Origin: Thermodesulfobacteriota bacterium
GTDB lineage: Bacteria; Desulfobacterota; Desulfobulbia; Desulfobulbales; SURF-16
Reading direction: 5' to 3'
DNA length: 64,000 nucleotides
Assembly: GCA_039715015.1 (NCBI GenBank)
Contig: JBDLIE010000006.1
Span: 29,405-93,404 of the forward strand
Part shown: in pieces, positions 28,030 through 36,633 of the stretch
Numbering within the stretch: the first letter of the stretch is position 1
How the letters are laid out: each line of letters begins with the position of its first letter
Notes under the pieces: generated by a model
What the model was told of the DNA's origin: nothing
Seen by the model: the letters and a program-made list of their open reading frames with translations, nothing else
Databases searched by the model: none
Program-made: the position numbers and the translations under genes

Positions 28030-28453
28030 GCATCTCTCCACCCCTATGGCGCATCATTTTACGACGGTGATGCTGAAAGCGGGAGCGCACTCCGGTGGGG
28101 TCATGACCACCACCTCCACGGCAGGGAAAGACATCTTCAGCCACAAAGAGGTCTCTGCTCTGGGGGGCAAATTCGCCCCGGGCATAGATCTCTGCCCCAT
28201 CAGCAAGGCACCGGGGGAACCAGGCTGCCTTGACAATGATGTTCTTTTGTTTTCCGTCTTGTTCGCTGTTTTCCAGATCAAGGGAGTCATTGTCGCCGGC
28301 ATGCCGGCAATGTCCCTCTTTGGAAAGGCTAATTTCAATCTCTCCCTTATCATGATCAATACGCACCACCCTGCCCTGCAGATATTCGGCCATGACTGGC
28401 GACACCGGAGCAAGGAGGAGAAGGCAGAGTATGATGAAAGGAAGTGGTCTCAT
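28022..28453 (-). CDS. Exported hypothetical protein (possibly OB-fold-like)
   Basis: Signal peptide, LQGRVVRID, DPTGVRSR, His/Met-rich tail; overlaps the HK start. Confidence 0.7.
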   Translation of the reverse strand: MRPLPFIILCLLLLAPVSPVMAEYLQGRVVRIDHDKGEIEISLSKEGHCRHAGDNDSLDLENSEQDGKQKNIIVKAAWFPRCLADGAEIYARGEFAPQSRDLFVAEDVFPCRGGGGHDPTGVRSRFQHHRRKMMRHRGGEMHE

Positions 28454-28464
28454 GGTTTTTAATG

Positions 28465-28506
28465 TAGCCAAGAGGACAGAGGCTCAAGCCTCGGTCCTCT
28501 TGGCTA
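28465..28506. terminator. Strong intercistronic hairpin (attenuator or mRNA stabiliser)
   Basis: TAGCCAAGAGGAC-AGAGGC-TCAA-GCCTCG-GTCCTCTTGGCTA. Confidence 0.65.
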
Positions 28507-28530
28507 ATGAAGAAAAGAGAAGAATGTTTT

Positions 28531-28893
28531 TTACAACTTGGCTGGCTCGCCACCCTTGCCGCTATCTGGGTGGAAATCACAGATACCGTCACCATCCTTG
28601 TCGACAAAGCCACCCCGTCCTTGACCCGGGCCATGACCTCTGTGATGCTGCCCCTTGCCCTGACCAGGACCATTGCAGTTACGAAAATGGCCCCGCCAGT
28701 GGTGGCCGCGTCCCTGGCCAGGGCCGTAACAAGGTGCGTTGTTATTAGCATCCTGTTCCATCATCTGCCCCCCGGTTGTTCCAGGTGCCGGACCAGTACC
28801 GTCACCGCCGGCAGCACCGGCGATGGGCATGCTCAAAAGAGCGACAAGGGCAAAGCCAGCTGTACCTGCAGCGATTTTAGATAAAGTGTTCAT
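28531..28893 (-). CDS. Small exported Gly/His-rich protein (ZraP/Spy-like position)
   Basis: AAGGAGG RBS, signal peptide, three GPGQG(R/K)G repeats, HH pairs, DKDGDGICD. Confidence 0.8.
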   Translation of the reverse strand: MNTLSKIAAGTAGFALVALLSMPIAGAAGGDGTGPAPGTTGGQMMEQDANNNAPCYGPGQGRGHHWRGHFRNCNGPGQGKGQHHRGHGPGQGRGGFVDKDGDGICDFHPDSGKGGEPAKL

Positions 28894-28990
28894 GGTGATC
28901 CTCCTTAAGTAAGAAATGATAAACTATGTCCCCTTCTTTTTCCAGAGAAGCCTGGAGGAGAAGGATCCGTTGTTGTTATCACTCTCTTAT

Positions 28991-29006
28991 TGCAGCAGGT
29001 ATGCCA
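28991..29006 (-). promoter_or_regulatory. sigma54 (-24/-12) promoter
   Basis: Minus strand TGGCATACCTGCTGCA. Confidence 0.75.
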
Positions 29007-29127
29007 TTGAAGGATTTCCATATTTAATATTTTCCTAAAATTATCGTAACGTATTAATATAAATGGATTAAAAAACAGACATGCGACATGGCCACTTTTC
29101 AAAAAGCCCCTGTCAATGCTCTTAAAT

Positions 29128-29166
29128 TTCGACAATCCACAGCTCTCCTTCGACAATTTTGTCGAA
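29128..29166. promoter_or_regulatory. Putative UAS for the Zra-like regulator
   Basis: TTCGACAAT half-site and palindrome TTCGACAATTTTGTCGAA (29149-29166), about 120-160 bp upstream of the sigma54 promoter. Confidence 0.6.
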
Positions 29167-29231
29167 ACCCTGCGCCTTGACATGGAAGCACCTTTTCTCT
29201 ATAAAACAAGAACCTGCATCAAGGAGAGAGC

Positions 29232-29669
29232 ATGTCAGAAAATCCAGCCAATGTCCTTTTTCTCTGTACCGGAAACTCCTGCCGCAGCCAGATGGCTGAA
29301 GGGTGGGCTCGTTTTTTCTGGCCCGACCTTCTCAACGCCTTTTCGGCAGGGGTGGAAACCCACGGCATGAACCATCTGGCCGTTAAGGCCATGGCCGAGC
29401 GAGGGGTGGATATCAGCAGCCAGCAATCGAAGCTCCTCAGTGAGCTTGATGATATTTCTTTTGATCTGGTGATTACCGTCTGTGACCATGCTGCTGAGGC
29501 CTGTCCGCACTTTTCAGGCACTGCTAAGGTTATCCATCACCAGTTCCCTGACCCGCCCCGACTGGCCCAGGGCAAACCTGAACAAGAAAGCCTCGTCATT
29601 TATGGCGGGGTGTGTGATGAGATAAAGGAATTCATCATGCAGCTTCCTGAACTTCTCTCTTGCCGATAA
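29232..29669 (+). CDS. arsC: Arsenate reductase, LMW-PTP/thioredoxin-coupled type
   Basis: FLCTGNSCRSQMAEG, ITVCD...CP, DPP. Confidence 0.88.
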   Translation: MSENPANVLFLCTGNSCRSQMAEGWARFFWPDLLNAFSAGVETHGMNHLAVKAMAERGVDISSQQSKLLSELDDISFDLVITVCDHAAEACPHFSGTAKVIHHQFPDPPRLAQGKPEQESLVIYGGVCDEIKEFIMQLPELLSCR

Positions 29670-30306
29670 GGGTCTCCAAGGCCGTATCATGCCTGCTTCC
29701 TAAAAGGATCAGGCTGGCAAGGGCACCAAGCAAGGCCAAGAACATATCCCACTGGGTATCCCAGGCATCTCCCTGGCTACCCAGGAAATCCTGGGACAGA
29801 TTGTCATACAGGAGGGCAACCCACCACTCGACAAGTTCGTAAAAAGCGCTGAAGGATAAACAGACGCAAAGAACGAGATAAAAGAGCCATTTCCCCGGCA
29901 CCAGCGGTGAGCGGCGCAGAAGAATTTCCCGGGCCAGAATAGCGGGAACGAATCCCTGGGCAATATGGCCAAGCCGATCATAATGATTGCGGCTGAGATC
30001 AAAGAGGTCCTGAACCCAGAACCCAAGGGGCACCCGGGCATAGGCGTAGTGGGCCCCGAGAACGAGAATCAGGGCATGGAGGGCCAGGAGGCGATAGAGC
30101 AGCATGGTAAGTGGAAAAGAACTGCGGGTTGCCACCAGCAAAACAGCACCAATTATCACCGGCGAAACCTCAAGAATCCAGATCTGAAAGCTAAATGGCC
30201 TTACTGCCGACAGCATAAAGGCAAAGGCCACAACAGCAAACAAGATGCCTGGTTCCCAAGACCTGAAAAGCGTCAAATATCTGGGCTGGCTAAGATCTTT
30301 CACCAT
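29635..30306 (-). CDS. DUF2238/YjdF-family inner membrane protein
   Basis: WILE, YARVPLG, RNHYDRLGH..QGF, YELVEW, FLGSQGD.WDTQWDM. Confidence 0.88.
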   Translation of the reverse strand: MVKDLSQPRYLTLFRSWEPGILFAVVAFAFMLSAVRPFSFQIWILEVSPVIIGAVLLVATRSSFPLTMLLYRLLALHALILVLGAHYAYARVPLGFWVQDLFDLSRNHYDRLGHIAQGFVPAILAREILLRRSPLVPGKWLFYLVLCVCLSFSAFYELVEWWVALLYDNLSQDFLGSQGDAWDTQWDMFLALLGALASLILLGSRHDTALETLIGKREVQEAA

Positions 30307-30701
30307 TTCTTATCTAACTCCATTTTTTGAGCCAAAATAACATAAAAGCAGGGACAGTTGGCACCGCAACAATCATCCTACTTTAACTCATTATTAAGGC
30401 TCTGGTTTCAAATATTATCCGGAGTCTCTCTCCAGTTACCCTTTCAGCCAAAAGATCTCGAAACAACCAGATCAGTTTTTGACCACCTCTCCACCAGAAA
30501 ATGATGCGTTTTTATTGTCTCTCCAGGTAGATAATAAACTATTTTTCTTTCATATCAGCACATTACCATCTGCAGGCCGTGTGGCTTTATTTTTGCTATT
30601 ACACCCTATGAAGGTTTTCAGAACAAATTTTTATAACAGCATAGACCCCAACAGCCCTGAAGGCTTAGCGGTTATGCCCAACACCATGTCCATCTGAGTT
30701 C

Positions 30702-31411
30702 ATGAAAAAGAAAGATGAGCGCCGCCACTTCACCAGAATGCCTTTCAACCTCAGTTTACGACTACGTGAAAGCAAGAGCAACCTCACCTTTCCAGCCATA
30801 ACTACTGACATACATGCCGCAGGCATCCAGATAGAAACGGATGCCCCTATATCCCCCTCCATGGATATTGAGTTATGGCCTGAAGATTATGGGCTTGATG
30901 GCCATTATGCCCATGGCGAAGTTTGCTGGGTCAAACCTCCGGCCAACGGCACTAAAAAACATCGCTGCGGCGTGAGCTTTAAACGCCATATTGACTGGCC
31001 CATTCCCCTGCAAGTTTTGACAGATAGATACTCTACCTATAAGGGCGACACAGCCCCTGCCAAATTCACCCTCGACAGTATCGTCGACGGCATCTTTACC
31101 GTTGACCAGAACAGAAGAATCACCTCCTTACGAAAAAACGTGACGTATGGGGTGTTTCCGAGGAGGCGTTAGGCATCCTCATGACCTATGATTTCCCCGG
31201 GAACATCAGGGAGTTACAAAATATCGTCGAGTATGCCTCCATTCTCTGCCTAAGCGGTATGATCCAGAGCCAGCACCTTCCCCCGCCCTTATTGCCGATC
31301 AATAGGGGCACAGCACGCCCCAGTTCCTCACAAAAAATACTGGTAATCCGACACCCGTTAGTGTTTTGTAAAGTAATGGTTTTTTTTTGCAAAGTCCTAA
31401 GGAGACCTTAA
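30702..31411 (+). pseudogene. Internally deleted PilZ-PAS-sigma54 activator
   Basis: PilZ (ERRHFTR, DIHAAG) then PAS start (LDSIVDGIFTVD..RRITS), joined out of frame to an AAA+ C-terminus (GVSEEALGILMTYDFPGNIRELQNIVE); no Walker A or GAFTGA. Confidence 0.75.
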
Positions 31412-31521
31412 GCAGCAAAGGCGGGCATTTCAGCAAAAACTGCTGATATCTTTCACCTGCTGGCACCAGCAATCCAGAGACATGTTTTGAGATAATTCCA
31501 CGAAACGCAAAGGGAGCCCAT

Positions 31522-32694
31522 ATGCCACGCCAAGACAGGTTTGATGATGACCAAAAAGAGTTTAGCGACAGCAACAAATCGCCCGACATCTGGTACAAGC
31601 TGCGCTCTGCCGGAGGAATAGCCACCGCTGTCATGGTTGCCGTTATTGGCTCCATTGGCTCTTGCGTCATGAATAAGCAACAGACCCTTTCGACGCGCGC
31701 TCAACTTTACACCGAGCTCATGAGCCAGCGGGAAAACGCTGAAAGCGCAGTCCGCAAAGACATGTTTCAACAAATTCTTTCTTCTTTCCTTACAAAACAA
31801 ACCGGCTCTGAGTGCATAATTGACCAAATAGATGCAGAGCTACTCCGCCTTGAGTTGCTGTCGAGAAACTTCCATGAAATGCTCGACATGGAACCGCTTT
31901 TCTTACACGTGCTGCTTAAAATCGTCCGAGAAATCCCGCCACTGAAAGAACCCTCCCCTCCCTCCCCCCAAGACAACAAAGAAGAGCAATTGATGCCTTC
32001 CCGGCAAGACCGACTTTATGGTCTCTGGAAGCGAACCTCACGTAGTCTCTGGCGACAAATCCCAGATGACAAGAGAAAGGAGAAATTCAATGTCGAGACA
32101 GACATGATGAACTGGGCAGACTTTAAGAAAACCATGAGGCAAAAGAGACTTGAACGTCTCATGAAAATCGCCAAACGTATCACCAAAAAACAAATTGAAA
32201 GTCTAAGCAGTGTCCAAATGAGGCAAAGACTCATCATTGATTTATCCAAGACCAACCAGAACGTGCGTCCCAACGAAGAACTGGGCAAAGAAGGGGACAA
32301 AAAAGAAGGGCGGAACACCTCAGAGTTCACCATGAAAATAGAGGGTGCCACGCGTGCCTTCACGGTATCAGTAGACCACTCTTACCCCGATTGGAATCAG
32401 GTCAGAGTGAAGGTTGAAGTCAAAAAAACAAAAAATGAGAAGAAAGCTGACCAAAACGGTAAAGACGTCCATACTGCAGAATTCTGGCTGGGTTATTTTG
32501 ATTTCCCCCTGGCGGAAAACACCTTCCTTTCAGGCAAAGAGAGATATGCTGTGGTCCTGGACAAGATTGATCGTACCAAACAAGAAGCGCATCTCTCCCT
32601 GCTCTATTTCCCCGCCTCCTATGCCGGACTGAAAGAAAAATCATTTTACCAACAAAAACTTATCAGCACTCTCTTAGAACAAAAAAGCTTTTGA
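31522..32694 (+). CDS. Hypothetical single-TM protein
   Basis: 390-aa ORF with AAGGGAG RBS and one N-terminal hydrophobic helix; no recognised motif. Confidence 0.75.
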   Translation: MPRQDRFDDDQKEFSDSNKSPDIWYKLRSAGGIATAVMVAVIGSIGSCVMNKQQTLSTRAQLYTELMSQRENAESAVRKDMFQQILSSFLTKQTGSECIIDQIDAELLRLELLSRNFHEMLDMEPLFLHVLLKIVREIPPLKEPSPPSPQDNKEEQLMPSRQDRLYGLWKRTSRSLWRQIPDDKRKEKFNVETDMMNWADFKKTMRQKRLERLMKIAKRITKKQIESLSSVQMRQRLIIDLSKTNQNVRPNEELGKEGDKKEGRNTSEFTMKIEGATRAFTVSVDHSYPDWNQVRVKVEVKKTKNEKKADQNGKDVHTAEFWLGYFDFPLAENTFLSGKERYAVVLDKIDRTKQEAHLSLLYFPASYAGLKEKSFYQQKLISTLLEQKSF

Positions 32695-32805
32695 CTAAAA
32701 TTACCCCTGCCTCTTGCAATTCGGCACAATCGTTATGGATATAACGTTGACAGAACAATAGGACAAACGACAAGCCCCACCACCCACCCAAGGAGGTCGA
32801 AAACC

Positions 32806-33843
32806 ATGAAAAAACGAATTGTAATATGTGCTGATGGCACCTGGAACAAACCTGAAAAAGACTTAAAAGAAGACTTCCCCACCAATGTCCTTTGCCTCGC
32901 ACGGGCAATTAGACCTTTGGGGGGCGACCACACTCCCCAACAGGTGTTCTATGACTGGGGAGTGGGATCTTATTACGATCCAGTTATCGGTGGCGCAACA
33001 GGGAAAGGCGTCCATAAAAACATCATGGACGATTACCGTTATATCGTTCAAAACTATTCACCAGGAGATGAAATATATTTGTTCGGCTTCAGCCGTGGGG
33101 CCTATACAATCCGTAGTCTCTGTGGCCTTATCAACAACTGTGGAATCTTAAAACGACCTGATGCCAACCTGATACAAATGGCTTTCAATCATTACAAAAA
33201 AACGGGTAGAAATTGTGCCCCAGAAGGTCAACACTCCCTGAAATTCCGTGAAAACCATTCACATCCATCACGCGACATCACCTTTGTTGGTGTCTGGGAT
33301 ACCGTTGGCGCAATGGGGATCCCAAGCTCATTCCTTGGGTTGTTCGACGACAAGGACGAATTTTATGACGCAAAACTCGGTCCAAATATCCGTATAGCAA
33401 GACATGCTTTGGCGATTGATGAACATCGCAGCGACTTTGAACCAACTATTTGGACCCCGAGGGCAAATATTGATCTCAAACAGGTTTGGTTTGCAGGTGC
33501 TCATTGTGACATTGGTGGAAGCTACAAACCAGACAAGGATGGATCTGTCCTTTCTGACAACTCATTAAGCTGGATGATCAGTGAAGCAGAAATTTCAGGA
33601 CTCTCAATAGAGTCGCATCTACCTCAATCCTTAAAAAAGAGCCCAACAGCCACACTGCATAACTCAAGACGCAGCTTTTACAGGGTCAAGAAAAAATACC
33701 TTAGAAAAATTGCCCATGATAACGGCAAGGTGTTCATCCACGAATCTGTAAAAAGACGTTGGGAGAAAGACTTAAAATATCGGCCTGCAAATTTAGTCGA
33801 ATATATTGAAGAGCATGGCTGGCCAGATGACCTTGTGTCGTAA
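32806..33843 (+). CDS. DUF2235 alpha/beta-hydrolase (Tle1-like phospholipase domain)
   Basis: ICADGTWN, TNV, LFGFSRGA, VGVWDTV, HALAIDEHR, VWFAGAHCDIGG. Confidence 0.92.
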   Translation: MKKRIVICADGTWNKPEKDLKEDFPTNVLCLARAIRPLGGDHTPQQVFYDWGVGSYYDPVIGGATGKGVHKNIMDDYRYIVQNYSPGDEIYLFGFSRGAYTIRSLCGLINNCGILKRPDANLIQMAFNHYKKTGRNCAPEGQHSLKFRENHSHPSRDITFVGVWDTVGAMGIPSSFLGLFDDKDEFYDAKLGPNIRIARHALAIDEHRSDFEPTIWTPRANIDLKQVWFAGAHCDIGGSYKPDKDGSVLSDNSLSWMISEAEISGLSIESHLPQSLKKSPTATLHNSRRSFYRVKKKYLRKIAHDNGKVFIHESVKRRWEKDLKYRPANLVEYIEEHGWPDDLVS

Positions 33844-33872
33844 CTACTCTAAAAACTGTCCGAGGGACTTCC

Positions 33873-34721
33873 CTACCTCGCCAAGAAAGCCTCGCACATC
33901 TCGCCGGCCTCGTCAAACTTACAGGCCAGGGTGTCCGGGTCGTGATAAAAAAGAAACCAGGCGTCCTTGGCTTTGGCCTGGGCCAGGATCTTCTCCTTGG
34001 CAGCCACCGAGTCCAGAGGGAAGTTGTCATAGGCTGTGATCCACAGCGGATTGGTAAAGGCCGTGTTGGGCAGCAGATCGCCGCAATGGAGGGCGGTCTC
34101 CTGCCCTGAGGTCAGCCAGACCAGCTGATGGCCGCGGGTATGGCCGCCGGTGAGCACGCAGCGTACGCCGGGCAGGATTTCGGCCTCGCCATCAATGAGG
34201 TTCAGATTTCTGCCCTCTTCCAGGCCCTGAAAATTCACAGGCCAATAGGTGCTGTCCGAGCGCCGGTTGGGATGGCAGACATCCCACCACTCCTTGCTCT
34301 GGATGTGGTGCATGGCGGCCGGAAAAGTGAGTTCCACCTCGCCCTGATCGTTATGCATGGTGATGCCGCCGGCATGGTCGAAATCACAGTGGGTAAGAAT
34401 GACATGGTGGACATCCGCACGGTTTAAGCCCAAGCGCCCAAGCTCGGCCGGAATATCCCACTCCTTACCGAGACGAAAGATCTTTTTCTGCTTGTCGCTC
34501 AGCTTGTTGCCGAGCCCCGTCTCAATGAGGACATTGCCCTCCGGGGTTCGCACCAGAATGGCCGAATCGGCCAGGGTCACATAATTGTCGGCATTGCAGG
34601 CGCATTTTTTTGCCCACAGCACCTTGGGCACAACGCCAAACATGGAGCCGCCATCAATCTCAAACCTGCCCCCTTCCAACCAGTGCACCTGAAAATAGCC
34701 GAGTGTAAAACCCTCTGTCAT
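33873..34721 (-). CDS. MBL-fold hydrolase, YtnP-like
   Basis: DGGSMFGVVPKVLW, THCDFDHAGG, GHTRGHQ, GDLLP, AYD.FP, FYHDP; start at ATG 34721 after a G-rich RBS. Confidence 0.9.
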   Translation of the reverse strand: MTEGFTLGYFQVHWLEGGRFEIDGGSMFGVVPKVLWAKKCACNADNYVTLADSAILVRTPEGNVLIETGLGNKLSDKQKKIFRLGKEWDIPAELGRLGLNRADVHHVILTHCDFDHAGGITMHNDQGEVELTFPAAMHHIQSKEWWDVCHPNRRSDSTYWPVNFQGLEEGRNLNLIDGEAEILPGVRCVLTGGHTRGHQLVWLTSGQETALHCGDLLPNTAFTNPLWITAYDNFPLDSVAAKEKILAQAKAKDAWFLFYHDPDTLACKFDEAGEMCEAFLAR

Positions 34722-34791
34722 CTCCCCCCCTTTTTTATTCATCATGGTTTGCCGTGGCTCCTTTGATTGTAGTGTTTTGCTTTTTGCCTTT

Positions 34792-34966
34792 CCCCATTCA
34801 GCCCTGAACGAGCAGGGAGCCGGGTAAGGGATAAAGAATTGTGGCATGTCTGAGCGCAAGCGAGTTCCCACAATTCCCCTTGCACGGCGGAAGGCGAGTG
34901 GTGCCGAAGGCCAGGGCTGTTAGGGGTGCCCTTTTTGCGTTCCTTTTTGGGCAAGCAAAAAGGAAC
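34792..34966. repeat. Structured MITE-like intergenic element, longest copy
   Basis: Terminal stem CCCCATTCAGCCCTG / CAGGGCTGTTAGGGG, internal GAATTGTGG / CCACAATTC stem, final GTTCCTTTTTG-GGCAAG-CAAAAAGGAAC hairpin; partial copies at about 40062-40114 and 62307-62334. Confidence 0.75.
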
Positions 34967-35165
34967 AAATTGATATTCGAGTAAGAAAGACGATGCAGGC
35001 AACAGACCTTCTCACTGTAATCCCTGCGAACCCTTTTTTTAAAAAAAGGGTTCACAACACCGGCGCCACCATACCCGAAAACCCCAACCATCAGCAAGCA
35101 TGAGCAGGTGAACAATCATCTTTATTTATTTGCCAATTGCGCACAGGTGCCGTACTTTTCATAAT

Positions 35166-36059
35166 ATGCGATCTCTAAAAAAATACTCCCTACTTATCCT
35201 TTTTTTTCCAGTTCTTTTCCTAGCCGGCTGCGAAGAGACTAATATCTGGCTAGCCACGGAGGCAGGTGTTGAGGCGGTCAAGGCCGTCACCCTCACCGAT
35301 GCCCAAATAGAAAAAATCGCCGGCCAGGCATCCCAAGAGACCGACAGCCAGCATCGCATTGCCCCACCAGGAAATAAGTACGCCAGTCGCCTTGAACGAC
35401 TGGTGGGCCAGCACCAGAAGGAGGATGGTATCTCCTTCAACTATAAGGTCTATCTTGACCCCACCATCAACGCCTTTGCCATGGCAGACGGCACCATCCG
35501 CATTTACAGCGGCCTGATGGACATGATGGATGATGGTGAACTGCGCTTTGTGGTGGGCCATGAAATGGGCCATGTGGTCAAAAAACATATCAAGAAAAAA
35601 TTAATGCTGGCCTATGCCGGCCGGGCCGTGCGCAAGGGCGTGGCTTCCCAGCAAAGTGTGGCCGGCGACATTGCCCGTTCCAGCCTCGGAGGCCTTGCTG
35701 AAACCCTGCTCAACGCCCAGTTTTCCCAGCAGGAAGAGCGGGAGGCCGATGACTACGGCTTGCGATTTCTACAGCAAAAAGAGTATGAGCCAGACAAGGC
35801 GATCTCCGCCCTGAAAAAACTGGCAACTCTGGGTAATGACCACTCCTTTCTCTCCAGCCATCCGGCCCCGGCTGTCCGGGCCGAGCGTCTTGCCAACCGC
35901 CTCGCCAATCCCAACCAACCCGAGCCCGACCTCCGCCAACAGGGCTACCGGGCGGTTGACTACCTTCTGGAACTATGGGAAAAAATAACAAGGTGGCTCA
36001 CCCTGTTGACGGACAAAATCTCCCAAGCCCTGCAGGAGCCCGCCCCTGCGGGCGGTTGA
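35166..36059 (+). CDS. M48 metallopeptidase lipoprotein (LoiP/YfgC-like)
   Basis: Lipobox FLAGC, NAFA..DG.I, GHEMGH, FSQQEE.EAD, SSHP. Confidence 0.9.
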   Translation: MRSLKKYSLLILFFPVLFLAGCEETNIWLATEAGVEAVKAVTLTDAQIEKIAGQASQETDSQHRIAPPGNKYASRLERLVGQHQKEDGISFNYKVYLDPTINAFAMADGTIRIYSGLMDMMDDGELRFVVGHEMGHVVKKHIKKKLMLAYAGRAVRKGVASQQSVAGDIARSSLGGLAETLLNAQFSQQEEREADDYGLRFLQQKEYEPDKAISALKKLATLGNDHSFLSSHPAPAVRAERLANRLANPNQPEPDLRQQGYRAVDYLLELWEKITRWLTLLTDKISQALQEPAPAGG

Positions 36060-36112
36060 TTGGTGAACTAAATACGGAGACGATTTTATCGCCCCCAGGG
36101 GCGGGCTCCTGC
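36032..36112. repeat. REP doublet (REPIN), same family as 8916-8994
   Basis: GCAGGAGCCCGCCCCTGCGGGCGGT and inverted ATCGCCCCCAGGGGCGGGCTCCTGC. Confidence 0.8.
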
Positions 36113-36172
36113 AGTGAAGCTGTGCAGACAGCAAACAAATGAAACAGCTGCCACAATCAACTGATATTACTT

Positions 36173-36610
36173 ATGAAAAGCGACTCCTCCATAGCGGCCA
36201 TCTACGGCCTTGACCAAAAAAACAAAGTGGTTCGGCCCCTTTTTTCCTGCCAGGTTTCGGCAGGTTTCCCCTCGCCGGCTGATGACTACATCGACCGCAA
36301 ACTTGATCTCAACGAACTGCTCATTGCCAATCCGGCTGCCACCTTTTTTGTGCGGGCCGCCGGCGATTCCATGACCGGGGCCGGCATCAACCATGACGAC
36401 ATTCTCATTGTTGATAGGTCCCTGACGGCCGCAAATGGTAAAATCGTCATTGCCGTTCTTAATGGTGAACTCACCGTCAAACGCCTGTTCCAGACAACCA
36501 CCTCCTGCCAGCTGATGGCCGAGAACCCCGCCTACCCTGCCTTGGAGATCTATGAGGACTCCGATTTCCAAGTCTGGGGAGTGGTCACTTCGGTCATCCA
36601 TCAATTTTAG
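36173..36610 (+). CDS. umuD: DNA polymerase V subunit UmuD
   Basis: VSAGFPSPADDY cleavage site, GDSM Ser, TVKRL Lys. Confidence 0.95.
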   Translation: MKSDSSIAAIYGLDQKNKVVRPLFSCQVSAGFPSPADDYIDRKLDLNELLIANPAATFFVRAAGDSMTGAGINHDDILIVDRSLTAANGKIVIAVLNGELTVKRLFQTTTSCQLMAENPAYPALEIYEDSDFQVWGVVTSVIHQF

Positions 36611-36633
36611 CCCCCCTTACTGCCAGCTTTAGC

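Noticed and set aside
31160..33850. Integron cassette array (GTTAGGC/GTTATGG heptamers near accessory genes)
   Set aside because: No paired attC inverse-core/core structure and no integrase in the window; the GTTAGGC lies inside a pseudogene reading frame.
36113..36172. LexA/SOS box upstream of umuD
   Set aside because: No palindrome matching a LexA motif I can recognise.
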